A stretch of 64,000 nt of DNA, from positions 80,476,001-80,540,000 of the forward strand of contig NC_043006.1 in assembly GCF_006345805.1 (NCBI RefSeq). The letters are read 5' to 3'. The notes below the pieces were generated by a model. It was not told where the DNA came from and did no database searches. It saw only the letters and a program-made list of their open reading frames with translations. The DNA comes from Octopus sinensis (lineage: Eukaryota). The position numbers and the translations under genes are program-made. Below, one piece after another: positions 36,301-51,442 of the stretch. Positions within the stretch are counted from its first letter, which is position 1, and each line of letters begins with the position of its first letter.

Positions 36301-37463
36301 ACAGTTAAATTAATAATTAAAAAGAACATTAAAAAACACAACTACTTAAACATTTCTTAGTTTTATTGTAGTATGTACGACCTAGTCACAGACATCGAAT
36401 CACTGCCACACATTGACTTTGGGAAACGGAATTACTGAGGATGTATGTAACTTTTGAAATTACATTGCTCAAAAATAGAAGCAGATTTTAACCAGGAATT
36501 ATAAAGATGTCACCTTCCCGTATGGCTAGAATGACAGAGATAATATGTTTTGTGAATAGTAAGAGAAGCCCGAATAATATTGTTACATTATTTATTCCAC
36601 ATAAGATTTATATAATACATGAGATTTTATATGACTTTAACGCGGATTTTTGTAACCTGAGAGGGCATCTACTCTAGCTGGTTAACGATACACAGCTACA
36701 TCGAAATGACAGCCATGCTGAAGTGGCTACGAATATAACTTGTTAATACAACTACTACATTTATCTCTTAGAAAAAATAAAACTAGCAGTTTTGCTTGTT
36801 GCAAAATCATCGACTGTTTTTCGCTTGAATTTATATATATTGCGAGTAGAAGCGAGCTGCTACCTTTAACAGACGAGGTGCCCAATATTGAAGAGACGCA
36901 AACCAGGCTGGTCTACTGCTCGCGTCGCAAGAATCTCGTAGGGGTTCGCTCCCCTGCTGGCAATATATCTGATGCAGCTGTGCATCATTAATCAACAAGA
37001 AGGAGGTCTTCTGGTGATTAAAAATCGCAGTAAGATCCGTTCGAACGGACGTCCATGTTGAAATAGCTGTGAACGTTACGTTTTCGTACAGCTATTTCGT
37101 TGATCTCTTAGTCTTTTTTTCTGATATATGTATATATATTTGGAAAAACACTAGAGATCTATACATATCAGATTTTTGATATGTAAAATATGGAAAGAGA
37201 TATTACGAAAGAGTTTATGAAACGGATTTTAAAAATATATAAAGAAAATGTAGAATATATATATATAATCCGTTCCGCAGTTCTCCAATAATGTTGCAAA
37301 TACACAAACAGACAAAGACGAATGATAATATCCGGCTTTTGCTTACGCGAGCAAGGTAATAAAAACAAATATAACCGTACGCATAAACTGAAAACCACAC
37401 ACAAACACAGATACAGACTCAAACGCACAAACACACACACATATATGCATATATATGTATATA

Positions 37464-37517
<54 letters not shown>

Positions 37518-38691
37518 AAAAAATGAAAACATGGATGGCTTGAAAATAGTCTAAATATTTATACGTCATATTTGTTCTGGATTATGACAAAAGCATTTGG
37601 ACATTAAAGAATGTAATTGGTAGATATTGTCTATACAAATAATATTATAATAAATAGTATGATAGAATGAAATAAAAATGAAAAAAAAGTGATGTTATAG
37701 GATATAGTAAAATAGAGAGTAAAAGGTAAACTGGAAAGAAAATTATAGTTATGAGGAAATAATAAGATGATAGAATATATAATAACTATTTCTCTGTACA
37801 TAAACCCATACTCTGTGTGTGTGTGTCTGTGTGTGTGTGTAAACCAGCATAACGTCTGAAGTTTTCAAATGATCTTCTTCAAACTGGGAGCATGCACCTC
37901 TTATGTTACAGAGATGTTTTCTATACTTTTGAAATGTTTCACATCATAAATAATGGGGTCAGTAACCACCTTCCTGGGGCAAGTATGACTACTGTGGAGA
38001 AGGGGGCGGGATAACTGATTGCAAGGTAACTTTTCTTAAAATTTGCTAAGATATTGATATTAATTTTTTTTATTGAGATATCCTTATTAACTTGTAATTG
38101 TCATATTTGTTGATATAATGTCTTCAAAGGAGTGATCATCTATTGCTCAAAAATGGTGGTGGCAGAGAAATTGAAAAGAAAGTGAGCAAAAGAATCATCG
38201 TTTGAGACTTCAATTAGACAATCCCAGAACGCTGCATGTACAGCTACTGCAAGAGCAATGGAAATAGATGAGAACAGTGTTCGCCTGGCCACGAATGCTG
38301 CATTAATAATTTCACCCAATACCTACCCCTTTATCACGTCAGAACTTTCATGAATATTTATCTCTTGTGTTGCTGTTTAGCGCGCTCACAGGCTTTATTT
38401 ATCACATAGAGGTAGATACTATGTCTGATGATTGTTCAGCGTGGTAGCTGCAACGCCCACAGCCGCAAAGGAGAGTGTATCCAATAAGAGTTTTTGGGGC
38501 CTTCAAAAATCACACCTTCACACACATTTTCTATGACAACGTTAGTGACTGGAAACTTCCAAACAGACGCATGACATGTCACTTAGTCGAATTAGTCCTT
38601 CATTTACTCCAGAAAAGTTTAGTGAATGCTGTACATCCCCGTGTCATGTTTCAACCTAACTGTACCATATGTACAAACTATACCATTTAAA

Positions 38692-38720
38692 GCCCGAGCA
38701 ACGTGGGTATGTCTTCTAGT
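38692..38720 (+). mobile_element. Helitron-type 3' terminus, unit 2 copy
   Basis: Same sequence as 8002-8030. Confidence 0.5.
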
Positions 38721-39796
38721 AATTGAATAAATGTTTATAACGTTACGAGATGAATAAAAGGATAGGACAAATAAGAAAACAGAAAGCAGTAAAATATAAA
38801 TTTCCAAGCCACGATTTGAAGCGAATAGAATAGATAAACCCAACCGTAGTCGCAAATTCATTCATATTGTAAATTAAAAAATTATGATGTATCAAAAAGT
38901 ATTTATACATATTGCATACCACATGAGGGATATTCGTACATAATGCATAAAATAGTTCTTATGATAGGTTATAAACAATCATATATAAATAAAAAATATA
39001 TAGTATATAAAATATGAATATCAATATAAATGAACTTGTTTAATATAAATTCAAAGTACTTATTAATCGTATATACGTATAATAGTGTATAATTCAGTGT
39101 ATATACCATTAAAGCATACTTGCGAAGTTCTTAAAGCAATATGATAAAAAGTATGGGATGTATAGAAACTTTATATTTATAAAAATTTCAGGTTAAAGAA
39201 GGCCATCATTAAGATCAATGATATAAAAAATCGGATCAGTATTAATTAGATTATAGCGCGTACAGATCAAGTGTTAATTTACTTTTAGTTAATACAGTTA
39301 TAAGATCAGGATTAATGGGTACGATAAGATCAAAATATAATGAAATGTAATAAAATATAATAAAAGTATGGTACGAGGACAAGAGTGTTGGCAATCTATT
39401 GCAATATTATAGACACGTTTAAGTACCATTTAAAACAGGTATAAAATAGTTTTAAAAGTTATATAAGTGTAACCAAAATATAACTAAAATGACGAAGGAT
39501 CATTTGGGGGCTTGGAGGTTAGGAAGCCTATTACTATATAACCGCATTGATGATTCTACAACAGAGACCGAGGTAGAATGTAAAAACTGAGTTTAGTGGT
39601 GAATAGGATATATAAAACAGGGGCTAGAGGGTTATGCAAAACATTAAAATTATCTGAAGTTTCGGAGGATTTTGCGAATGCACGAAAATCGAAAATCAAA
39701 TTTATTAATAATTAAAGTATCATTGTTCCCATTTATCAATATTTCATAGAGCTTCATATAATAGAGTCATAACACATATCTACTGCTAAATGTACC

Positions 39797-39797
<1 letters not shown>

Positions 39798-39871
<74 letters not shown>

Positions 39872-39942
39872 GTATATACCTATATATACATAAATATATA
39901 TATATATATATATGTATTAATATATACATACTTATATAAATG

Positions 39943-39983
<41 letters not shown>

Positions 39984-40028
39984 GTACATATGTATACATG
40001 TATAGATACACACACACACACACACACT

Positions 40029-40061
<33 letters not shown>

Positions 40062-40095
40062 GTATATATATGTACATATGTATACATGTATAGAT

Positions 40096-40151
<56 letters not shown>

Positions 40152-40185
40152 GTATATATATGTACATATGTATACATGTATAGAT

Positions 40186-40244
<59 letters not shown>
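39798..40244. repeat. Compound TA/CA microsatellite with an ~88-bp higher-order unit (3 copies)
   Basis: Units start at about 39972, 40060 and 40150. Confidence 0.85.
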
Positions 40245-40245
<1 letters not shown>

Positions 40246-41570
40246 TTCTCGTCCCAGCTCAGAGCTGCGGCCATGCTGACGCACCGCCGTTTTGTGCTAC
40301 ACTGTTATTGCGACGAACCTCGTCTAATATGTGGCACTTGGTGAAGAATGGAGTTTGATATAGCTACTCTCATTTGCACCTCTTGCCGTGAGGTAGGTTC
40401 ATCTGGGACTCTTGACAGGAAGATGTCCAGCTTTGATTTAAAAACCGCTACATCTACTTTGTGCAAGTTCCTCAGACTCTTTGGGGGAATATTAAAAAGC
40501 TGTGGGCCCGTGAAACCCAGGCTGTTGCAGGAGCTGCTCCTGAAGCGTGATGGCATTGCTGGGATCTTTGGCACTATGCAGTGTCGTCCCGTTCTAGCAT
40601 TGGTGTAGCTTACAATGCCAAAATTTGGCACAATTCCTTCCAGGATCTTCCAGACATATATTACTGCATACCTCTCCCGTCTTCTCTCCATGGAGTAGAG
40701 TCTTAGCTGTTTCAACCTTCCCCAGTAGCTGAGCTGTTGCAAAGAGACGATCTTCTTTGTGAATCTTCTCTGGATTGCTTCAAAGTCCGCTGTTAATTTT
40801 ACACTGGTGGGTGACCATAGCTGTGAGCAGTAATCCAGGCGACTGAGGACGAATGTCCGCCAGAGGACCATCATGGTTTCCTTATCTCTGGTTCTGAATG
40901 TTCTTAGGATCCACCTAGCCAGTCGTCTGCACTTTGTCGCCATCCTGGTAATGTGCACTTGGAAAGAGGTATCATCACTCATGTCGATACCCAGGTCCCT
41001 AACAGACTTAGGCTCTGCGATTGAAATTCCCTGTGGACCGGTGTATCCTGTAAGTTTAATATTCAGTTTTGGATGATGGTAGCGCAGGGCCTGGAATTTT
41101 TCAGCATTAAACTGCATATTATTATCCTCAGCCCATCTGTAGATTGAGTCCAACTCCTGCTGCAGGTGTGCAACATCGCTGGGGTTCTGTAGTTTCTGCG
41201 AGACTTTCGTATCGTCTGCATAGCTGACCAGAGTGGCTATCCGGCATTTGAGGGCATATCTGAGAGGGCCACTATAAAAAGCAGTGGTCCCAAGACAGTG
41301 CCCTGTGGAACACCGCTCACTATTTGTGTGTTCATAGAGGTGGCTCCATTAACCACTACTGCCTGACTCCTATCTTTCAGGAAGTCATGCAACTACACTC
41401 CAAGTTTTCCAGCTATGCCGAGGTCACGTAGTTTGTGGCATATCATACCATGATCCACCTTGTTAAAAGCTTTGCACAATCAAGTTAGATTATGTCCACA
41501 TTTGATTTGTTGAGTAACTGCTTCAACACCCAATCATAATAATGTAAGAGCTGGGTCAGGCAGCCCCTAC
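40245..41570 (-). mobile_element. CR1/L2-group LINE, unit 2 copy
   Basis: The 282-aa ORF 40305-41153 differs from the 9527 ORF at only a few residues. Confidence 0.9.
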
Positions 41571-41964
41571 TATATATATATATATATAAATTAAATTAGA
41601 GATAAACCCACTATTAGGCAAATCAAACAGAGAAAAATATAAACCAAAACATAGAAATAAATTAATATAATATAGAAAATATATAAAATATACAATTCAA
41701 AATTTAAATTATTTAAATTTAAAGTTAAAAATTAAAAAAAAAAAATTTTATTTAATAATTTATACTTATAATCATTTATATATATATGTAAATATATAAT
41801 ACGTAACTATTTTTTTTATCTTTTATTTTTATTTTATTTTTATTTTTATTTTATTTTTATTTTTATTTTATTTTTTGTATATTAAATATATATAAATATC
41901 AAAAAGTATTAAAAAGTTTAATATAATATTTATAAATATATATATAAATATATATACATACATG

Positions 41965-42045
<81 letters not shown>

Positions 42046-42186
42046 CCTCATTGATATCACTGATAGTATTGTTTTTATGCGTAGTAACAGCAGTGGTTGA
42101 AGCAACAGTTGTAGGTATGGGGTAAATGGCAAGGGTGGTAGTTGGGACTCAGATTCCTATGCTATCATAATAGTAGTATTATGGGA

Positions 42187-42238
42187 TTACACAAAATAAT
42201 TGAAACACCTTAAAATTTCAGACAAATTGATTTTAATA
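42187..42238 (+). mobile_element. Solo Tc1/mariner terminal-repeat fragment, unit 2 copy
   Basis: Same sequence as 11410-11461. Confidence 0.7.
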
Positions 42239-42265
42239 CATCTATATATAAACACACAGACACAT

Positions 42266-42358
<93 letters not shown>

Positions 42359-43364
42359 AAATAAGAAAATGGAGAAATACATATAAATCAAATATCAATT
42401 ACCAGATAATACTCAATCACATACTTTATTAAACCACCACATAAGAAACTATAAGGTTAAACATAAAAATTAGAGCAAAACAGTGTACATAAAGGATATA
42501 CATAAAAAAGTGTACATAAAGGAGTAATGTTATACAAGAAGTAGAATATATATAAGAGAATATAAATATAAGTAAATATAAATATAAATATAGATTACAT
42601 CTTACAGCTGTTTCGGCCATGTAGATAAATATGTCTCATTTTACTCATATTAGCCTTTTATGGTAGGTCAATATGTAGTTATAAATAAGACATTGACAAA
42701 AATATCATAAGGCCTCTTCGGAGATTATGTGATATAAATCAGTCTATATATATACCTATAGGGGTGCGGGTACATACCTATAATACATCATATGCATATA
42801 CATAGGAGTGCATATACTCACACTCTTATACATATAAATACATACATATACATAATGATATAAATAATATAAATTAGTAAACATACATATGTTCCACATT
42901 CAATGTTACAGTTTTTCTACTTAATATAGTGATAATAAACATACACATATCAATACTGTGATAATAAACATACACATATTAATACCTAAATGCATATATA
43001 CAGAGTCAATAGTACATTATATTAATTCCTACTAATTTCTAAAGTGTCATTAAAGTTAGCATCATTATCATTGTCAGTACCATTAATGCTACAAATATCA
43101 TCATTTATATTATTATTAATAACGCTAATACTAGAAAAACAATTTATAGATTCCATTATTAGCAATATAGTCACAATAGTACTACAATACCATGTAAAGT
43201 GTTAAATATCCGCATATACATACGAAGTATGAAGTACAAGCATTCTGTTTACACTACGTAAGGATCCATAGTTGCACATATGTACGTCCGACTTCAAGTT
43301 TAATGTTCCTTACGACATAAATACAAATTGGATTTGAATTTAAATTACAACCCCTATCTCAATT

Positions 43365-43445
<81 letters not shown>

Positions 43446-43735
43446 ATAATATAATAGGGAGTAAATCCAAACTTACTGGGAAAAATTAGATTTAAGATTA
43501 AATCCAGTTTTATAGCATAAATATAAATATATATATATTATATTAAATAAGAGATAAAACCACTAATAGGCAAATCAAACAGTGAAAATCGTAAACCAAT
43601 ACACAGAAATAAATTTAATTAATAAAAAATATATAAAATATAAAATTCAAAATTTAAAATATTTTAATTAAAGTTAAAATTTAAAAAAATTATTTAAATT
43701 AATAATTTATACTTATAAATTTTTAAATATATACT

Positions 43736-43766
<31 letters not shown>

Positions 43767-44718
43767 GTATATATATATTATTATTATTATTATGATTATT
43801 GATATTATTATTATTATCATTTATATTTATATTAAATATAACTATCAAAAAGTATTAAATGTTTTATATAAGATAAAGAGGATGACCACTTTGACCGTTT
43901 CATGCCCATATACCAATTGGAATAACAATAATTTAAATTCAATTAATAATTCGAATTATGGTTATAGTCAATCTTCAGGTTAATTATAATATTTAAATAA
44001 ATAATCAGAAATATTTAAACAATATTTCTTAAGCAATAAATAATATAATAATTCTTCTTATAAGAATCTCTATTATCAAACTAGAAACTTAACGATTATG
44101 ATTATGTCATACAATCGATTATAATGTTAAATATTAATTTTTAAGTTTTAAGTATTCATTTTTAGGTAATATTAGTTATAGTCAATATCTAATTACATAA
44201 ATATTTTACAAAAAAATAACTATTCATATTATTAAATATATAATATTTGAATAATATATAAATTATCAATGAAAATATACAAATGTATATAAATTTTATA
44301 ATTAGGATATAAAATCATCTCTATCAATAAATATATATGCACGTACAATATATACCTAATAAATTAATTATTCACTATTACTAATAAATATATTAAAAGA
44401 TTAAAGATGAAATAGATAATTGTAAAAAAACAAACAACCTGAAACGAATGCTATAAGAAATTAACAAACTATATATCACTTTAGCTAACTAATAACTTTC
44501 AAAAATTGTATAGTTAAAATATAATAATATAGTATCAAATAAACACTACAAATATATTTATGAATGGGAAGAATATTACTACCATTATCGATTTAAAAAG
44601 ACAATATATAAGTAATAATAACAATTATAAGAAATTAAAATAACTATCAGCAAATATAGTTTTTTTAGGCTAAAAATAATGCTATCAAACATGTATATAT
44701 ATGAAACCGAACTTTAAA

Positions 44719-45674
44719 TTTTGAATTGTTTGGAAAGGAATTTTTGTCCATTCTTCATCTAAAACAGTCTCCAATTCTTGTAGTGATGATGGATGCGGAT
44801 ATCGACTCCTTACTTGTTTTTCTACAACGCACCTCAAATGTTCAGTAATATTGCGAACTGGAGACTGTGTGCTCAGATAAGATATTCCACTTCACTAGAA
44901 TGTTCCTTGTGTCATTCAGTAACAACGTTAGCAGAGTGAATTGGTCCATTATCATCCTGAAAGATTGCATTTTGCTCCGGAAACAGTTCTGCAACCATAG
45001 GATGAATTTGATCAAATACTATGCTTAAACAGTCTTGAGTAATTCTACCATGAAGGGAAACCACTGGGCCGGCGACGTTCCTAGATATAGCCGCCCAGAT
45101 CATCACAGATCCTCCTCTATGTTTAACTGTGTGTGTCAAATGCTTCTTTTGTTGGTCTCCACTGGTATAGTTGGGCGGTGGTCGGAAATGCTGTAAACGA
45201 TGACTCTTCCGAGAAAATAACATTCTTCCAATGCTCAATGGACCAATTATGTAGCTTTTTACTCCACTCTAAACGCTTTGCAACATTTGGTTTTAAAAGT
45301 AGTGGTTTTCTGATTGCATCTCTCCCGTGAAATACAGCTTTGCGCAGCTCCCTACGAACAGTTTTTGTGGAACATGGGATCTAGACGTGGTCATTAAGCT
45401 CTGTAGTAATTTTGGGAGCCGCACTTTTGTGTTCTTTTCTAACAGTTCGCATAAGAATCCTACGGTGCCTATTTGATATTTTGGTTTTCTTCCGGAGTTT
45501 TGTTTTGTCGAGGAGATTTTGCACTCTTTTTCAAACGCTGTCATACATTCGAGACTGTACTCCTTGCTACACCAAACATTTCGGCTGTTATCGTTATGCT
45601 AGCGCCTGTCATACGTACACCAACAATTTGACCACTTTGAACGTCAGATAGATGTGTCATTTTAATGAATTTTA
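44719..45674 (-). mobile_element. Tc1/mariner transposon, unit 2 copy; 3' end deleted, extra 5' sequence retained
   Basis: ORFs 44912-45238 and 45293-45544 match unit 1. The junction ctttaaa|ttttgaa at 44718/44719 removes the equivalent of 13908-14253. Confidence 0.9.
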
Positions 45675-46436
45675 ATTACCTTTAATTACCTTATATATTA
45701 TTATAGAAGCTTATCGTATAGGTCGTAATTCTTGTTGTGTACTAATGAATTTAAGGAAATATTATTTAATAATAATAAAATATTGGTTAATTACGTGGAC
45801 GAGCGAAAAATTGAATGCAACCATAAATTACATTACTTATATAAGTTTAGCAATTTTTCCGTATATATAAAACACTTTATTATGTTACTAATTTGCTGTA
45901 GATATAATTTATCTACAGTATATAAATTAGCATGATATTTTATGTTGTATATTACATTATTTGAATACGTTTAAACTTGAATGTTTCTTAAATAAATGAA
46001 TATATAATTTATTGAATATCTATCAATTATAGTAATATAAATTAATGTAACTATATTATGAATATTTTACGCATTTTATTATTAATTTTTTCTACTTTAA
46101 ATCTTCTACTAAATAGTAATTTATAGTTTTGCTTTTTGTTCTATTACTCTCTGATTCTAAAATCTTAAATATCGTTCGCGATTTTCATTAATATAATACA
46201 TACTACTATATAGTTATTTAATTTTTTTACTTACGCAACGTCTTCACGAGATAAATTTATTATAAACGCTAAGGCCTACGTGTTTACATTTAAAATTCAG
46301 TTAACAGATTTTCTTAGATGTCTTGGATTTCTTGTTAAAACAATATTGTTGAATTTTGTTTGGCTTTGATTGTAAAAATATTGACTTCTATATTTTTAGT
46401 TGTTAATTATATGCTACGATACGTATATTTATTTAC

Positions 46437-46501
<65 letters not shown>

Positions 46502-46891
46502 TTTTCATTATAATTATTACTATTATTATTATTATTATTATTATTTTGTAATCTATAATCTTAACGTATTGCATATAATTTACATTGGGAAATAGTTTTG
46601 TAAGACAAAATCTGACCGAATAGGTAGTAATTGTCTTTACATGTTATGTAATATTGCATTTAAATAAATATTTTTGATAATTATAGAAACTTTGGTTAAT
46701 TCTATAAATGAGTGAAATATTAAATCAATACAAAAATTGAATTAATCATATGATAAGTTTAACTAATATTTGTGTGTATATATTTGAAACATTTTTCAAT
46801 TTTTAATTCTCGTAGTTATAATTTGTAGTAGTATTATATATATAAGTTCAACACATGGCTATGATGCTATTATTATTATTATTTTTTATTA

Positions 46892-46944
<53 letters not shown>

Positions 46945-47498
46945 GAGTGAAAGAGCAGTGCATGCCATCAAAGTGACACTGGGGTAAAATATACGAAGCC
47001 CAATATACCCATCATGACTACCCGTCTGATAAAGGCACACCGGGCACATGCATCACAACCATATGTGCGCGACATGGTGATCTCATATCAAGATAAACAG
47101 CGCATGACGTTGCAGGTGGGGCCCAGTTAGAATTTTCTTCAGGTTGAGTAGCCCATCCCGCTCAAAAGGTCCCTGAATAAGGGTTGTTTAAGGATGTTGA
47201 AAGAACCACCCATGTTTCCAGAGGTGAATTATTCAAACCCCAAAGAATCCCTCTCAACACATGGCTATGATGCTCCCCCACTACTTCTGCTCGTGATCAG
47301 AGATGCACATATCGTCAGCCACTAAGGGACATGCTCAACTGGTTAAGGTCAAACAACTGACAAGCAGATCTGTGGTATTGAACAGAATATTTGCTGTAGC
47401 CCATCTTTTATACCAAGACAAAACAATGTACATGATAACACTTCCAATCAGTTAAGATCAGAAGCCATGAGAGCCATTGCCTGGTACTGCATCAGGGC

Positions 47499-47501
<3 letters not shown>
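46945..47501. mobile_element. (ATT)n-embedded interspersed repeat, unit 2 copy
   Basis: Same element as 16409-16965. Confidence 0.55.
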
Positions 47502-47559
<58 letters not shown>

Positions 47560-48743
47560 TTTATTATCATTATTTTGTAAACTATAATCTTAACGTATTG
47601 CATATAATTTACATTGGGAAAAAGTTTTGTAAGACAGAATCTTACCGAATAGGTAGTAATTGTCTTTACTTGTTATGTAATATTGCATTTAAATAAATAT
47701 TTTTGATAATTATAGAAACTTTGGTTAATTCTATAAATGAGTGAAAAATTGAATTAATCATATGATAAGTTTAACTAATATTTGTGTGTATATATTTGAA
47801 ACATTTTTCAATTTTTAATTCTCGTAGTTATAATTTGTAGTAGTATTATATATATAAGTTAGCATATAGTTTTTTAGCATATATTACATAATTAGAATAA
47901 GATTTAAATTAGATGTTTATTAAATAAATACATAAATAAATAATTTAATGGACATAGATTAAATTATAGTATTTTAGCTTCACTTAATGTATATTATGTA
48001 TTTTATATATGTTGTTTTAAATATTTTGTTTTAATTAGTATAACGCTCAGGAATAGAAAAAGTCTTTTACGTTTCGAGGACGCTCTTCTACAGAAAGGGA
48101 CACAGAAAAAACAGTAATGATGTACTCTTATTTGCTACATTCTTCTAGAAGCTAAAATATGTTTTCATAGATAAGATAAATATTTCTATATATTTATTCT
48201 ATTTTAATTTACACCACGTTTTTAACGAGATAAATTAATTATAAACGCTAGGTCCGTTTAAATATTTAGTTAACGGAATATATTCAATAAGATATTTCAT
48301 ATTTTTATTTTAAGATATAGTGTTGATTTTTGTTCGATTTTTTATTGTAAAATTACGTATTTTTATATATAATTTAATATTTTCTTTTAAGATAATATAC
48401 GTGCATTTATTTAATTATTTTATTGTTTTTATCTTGGACCTGATGAGTGAACATATTTAAATTGAATTGATTTTATTGTGAACAATTTGAAAATATAGCC
48501 ACGAAACACAATTCATATAATATGTATATTTTATTTCGTACTTTACTTAGTTCTAGGTTAATGTATTATCGTCTCATTAATTTTTTTCTATATGGAATGA
48601 TTTAAGTATATCATTGTTGAATTGCTACATGGTGGTTCTTCTATAATTTATATACATAAATTATATATTATGAAATTTTATTTAGAATTACTAAATTGAA
48701 TTTTCCCTGTAAGTTTTGAATCATATTACCTAATATTATTATG

Positions 48744-48832
<89 letters not shown>

Positions 48833-49029
48833 TATATATAAAGTTAATCCAAACATGAAAACACAAAGTGAAAATACAACAATGCGAGGACGTGGAACAA
48901 ATATAGTATTATTGGACGCTCAGAAAGGGAGGAGGGTTTAAAATTTCAGAAACATAGGAAAAGGAAATATCCACAGAAGGGAAGACGGAGGAAAAAATCG
49001 CCAACGGTACACACACGGTCACATTTTGA

Positions 49030-49096
<67 letters not shown>

Positions 49097-49339
49097 CATA
49101 TGATAGATCGCAAAACACTACACGTTCTTTATTTTCTCTCCTTGTTTCTTTCTGTGTTCTTTTCTGTGGAAGATCGTAGGTTCGAAACGCCAAAGAATTT
49201 TTCACTTCCTGGGCTTTAAACTAATACATCTGTTTGTTGTCTACACCACCTGTCTTCGTCTTGTCTTGTAAATTCTTCCCCTATATTTATGTATATAGAT
49301 ATATATATGTATATATATGTAATATATATGTATATATAA

Positions 49340-49812
49340 AACTTAGATAAAACTTAGATATGTTTCGATCAGAGATTGGTCCAGGCCATGTCTAACTTAA
49401 TAGCACCACCTGATAGGATTATTCGAATCCTGTTTAAGTCAAGTTTTGTTCAAGTAGTGAGTTCTTGTTGGGTGAGTTGTATCCAGTTTTGTTCAAGTAG
49501 TGAGTTCTTGTTGGGTGAGTTGTATCCAATTATGGGTGGCTTGTCTGGTATTCTTTGAAGGAATCTATCCAGACTCTGTTTGAAGTTGATGGGATCCTTT
49601 TCCTCTTTGATCTCCCTCGGGACAATGTTAAATAGGGCAGGGCCTGTTGAGGAAAAGAAATTATGTTGCAGTGTACATGTATGTTGTGATCTTGAATTTG
49701 GCAGGGGACGTATAGCCCGTGGTCCAAGTCTCGGATGAACCTTGAAGCTAATGTTTAGGTCGTTTGGGCAAAGTTGGCGGTATATTTTCCACATCGTACA
49801 AATGATGTACCG

Positions 49813-49815
<3 letters not shown>
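49340..49815 (-). mobile_element. CR1-type LINE 3' fragment, unit 2 copy
   Basis: ORF 49450-49794 matches 18905-19348. Confidence 0.85.
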
Positions 49816-49852
<37 letters not shown>

Positions 49853-50723
49853 CATATTTAGAAAGACATATACTTAGAAACTTATAAGCAGTGTAAATAT
49901 ACATGAGATACATTCGGACTTTTAATCCATCCATGGTATTTTGTCATAGAGTAAATTTCCCATTATAGACACATATAGGTGCAAGAGCACCACTTAAGTT
50001 CTCAGAGTCCCCTAACCAGGCTGATGGAATCATACATTTCGGAGTTGTTATTTCCGCCTCAGTGCCACATACTGGAAAGTAAAGTGCCACAAACTGACAA
50101 GCGAAAGGTATCTCTTGCTATATCTTATACATGAGAAACAGTGAACATTTCAATCCAACTTTACACGGATATTCCCAGATGCTGAGACGTATGTATAAGC
50201 TATTTTTCAAACGATATCACGTAGGACCTTAGATAAATTGTGAAATCAACTGAGAAGAATTATCAGGGAATATTTGTTTCGTGATAGAAGTTTCTGCAAA
50301 AGTCGGTTAGCTGATTCTTTCTTTCCCTTCATCTGAATAATTCACACGGCCAATTATGATTTCTCAAAGACTACTTTTGATTTGTATGTATTATGGATTT
50401 TCTCTCTCCCTAGATCTAACGAGTGAAACATTGATGGAAGCGACAATTAGCATGGTATTCTCATGTTTGGTATACTCATATTTGATGTCGTTTTGAATTC
50501 TTACGTTGATCGATATACTACTTCATTGCACAAACAGCAATCCAGAGGACGGTAGGATGGTTTGGGTGGAATTGTTTCATTTACCAATTGAATAATGAAT
50601 GACGCCTCTAGGAGTTTGTTTTGGACTATATTTTTTGATTCGGGAAGCAAAATTTTAGAGAGAAATAACATACTTTAATGTGATGAGAGTTGAAGAGTTT
50701 ATATGTATACCAAGTGGGTAGTA

Positions 50724-51442
50724 ATTTCCGTACATTACCAGGTAAACTAACCATTGGACTTTTATTCTCAATACTTGCAACAGAGGTTCTATATTTCTTC
50801 GACATTGTTGCGGATCGTCATTTGGTGTGCAACATAGGCGACTCATTGTTGCATTATTTCGTGTTAGCGTCTGCTTTTTGGATGAATGTTATTTCATTTG
50901 ATGCTTTATACACATTTTCAGGAATTATAAAGTTTCCAATTGTTGAAAAACAAGGGAAGAGATTTATCTTTTATTCCTTATATGCTTGGATGTCTCCACT
51001 TATATTTGTGATTGCAACATTGATATATTCGCAGACCATTTCTTCTGAAGATCCGGACGGATATTTTTGTTGGTATGATAGAAATGAAATTCCGAAGTGG
51101 TTTGTTGGAGTTCCGCTGATAACACTTTTATCAATGAATACTTTGATTTTCATCGTCACAGTCGTGGGTCTCTGTTTAGCTAGGAAAAACTCATCAAAAT
51201 ATCTTGGGGTACGTAAGAATATAGGAATTATGATTTATTTTAAATTTAGCCTTATAATGGGATTAACATGGTATATAATACCATTAGGTGCCATTGCCAA
51301 AGTGCACGACGTTTTCTATATCAGCTTAATTGGAAATGCTTATGTCGGTTTAATAATTAGTATTACATTCTTGACAACGAAAGTCGTTAGACGCCATTTC
51401 AAAGAATCGTGCTGCAAATGTTGGTACAAAATGCATTCCTAA
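50724..51442 (+). pseudogene. Inverted copy of the TM2-TM7 half of paralogue A
   Basis: Reads FRTLPGKL...KCWYKMHS*. The ORF-track start at 50690 is TTG just after an in-frame TGA. There is no signal peptide or TM1. Confidence 0.88.

Noticed and set aside
50690-51442. 250-aa plus-strand ORF as an independent new GPCR gene
   Set aside because: It starts at TTG right after an in-frame TGA. The first 11 residues come from flanking DNA and the rest is the inverted arm of paralogue A. It has no signal peptide or TM1.
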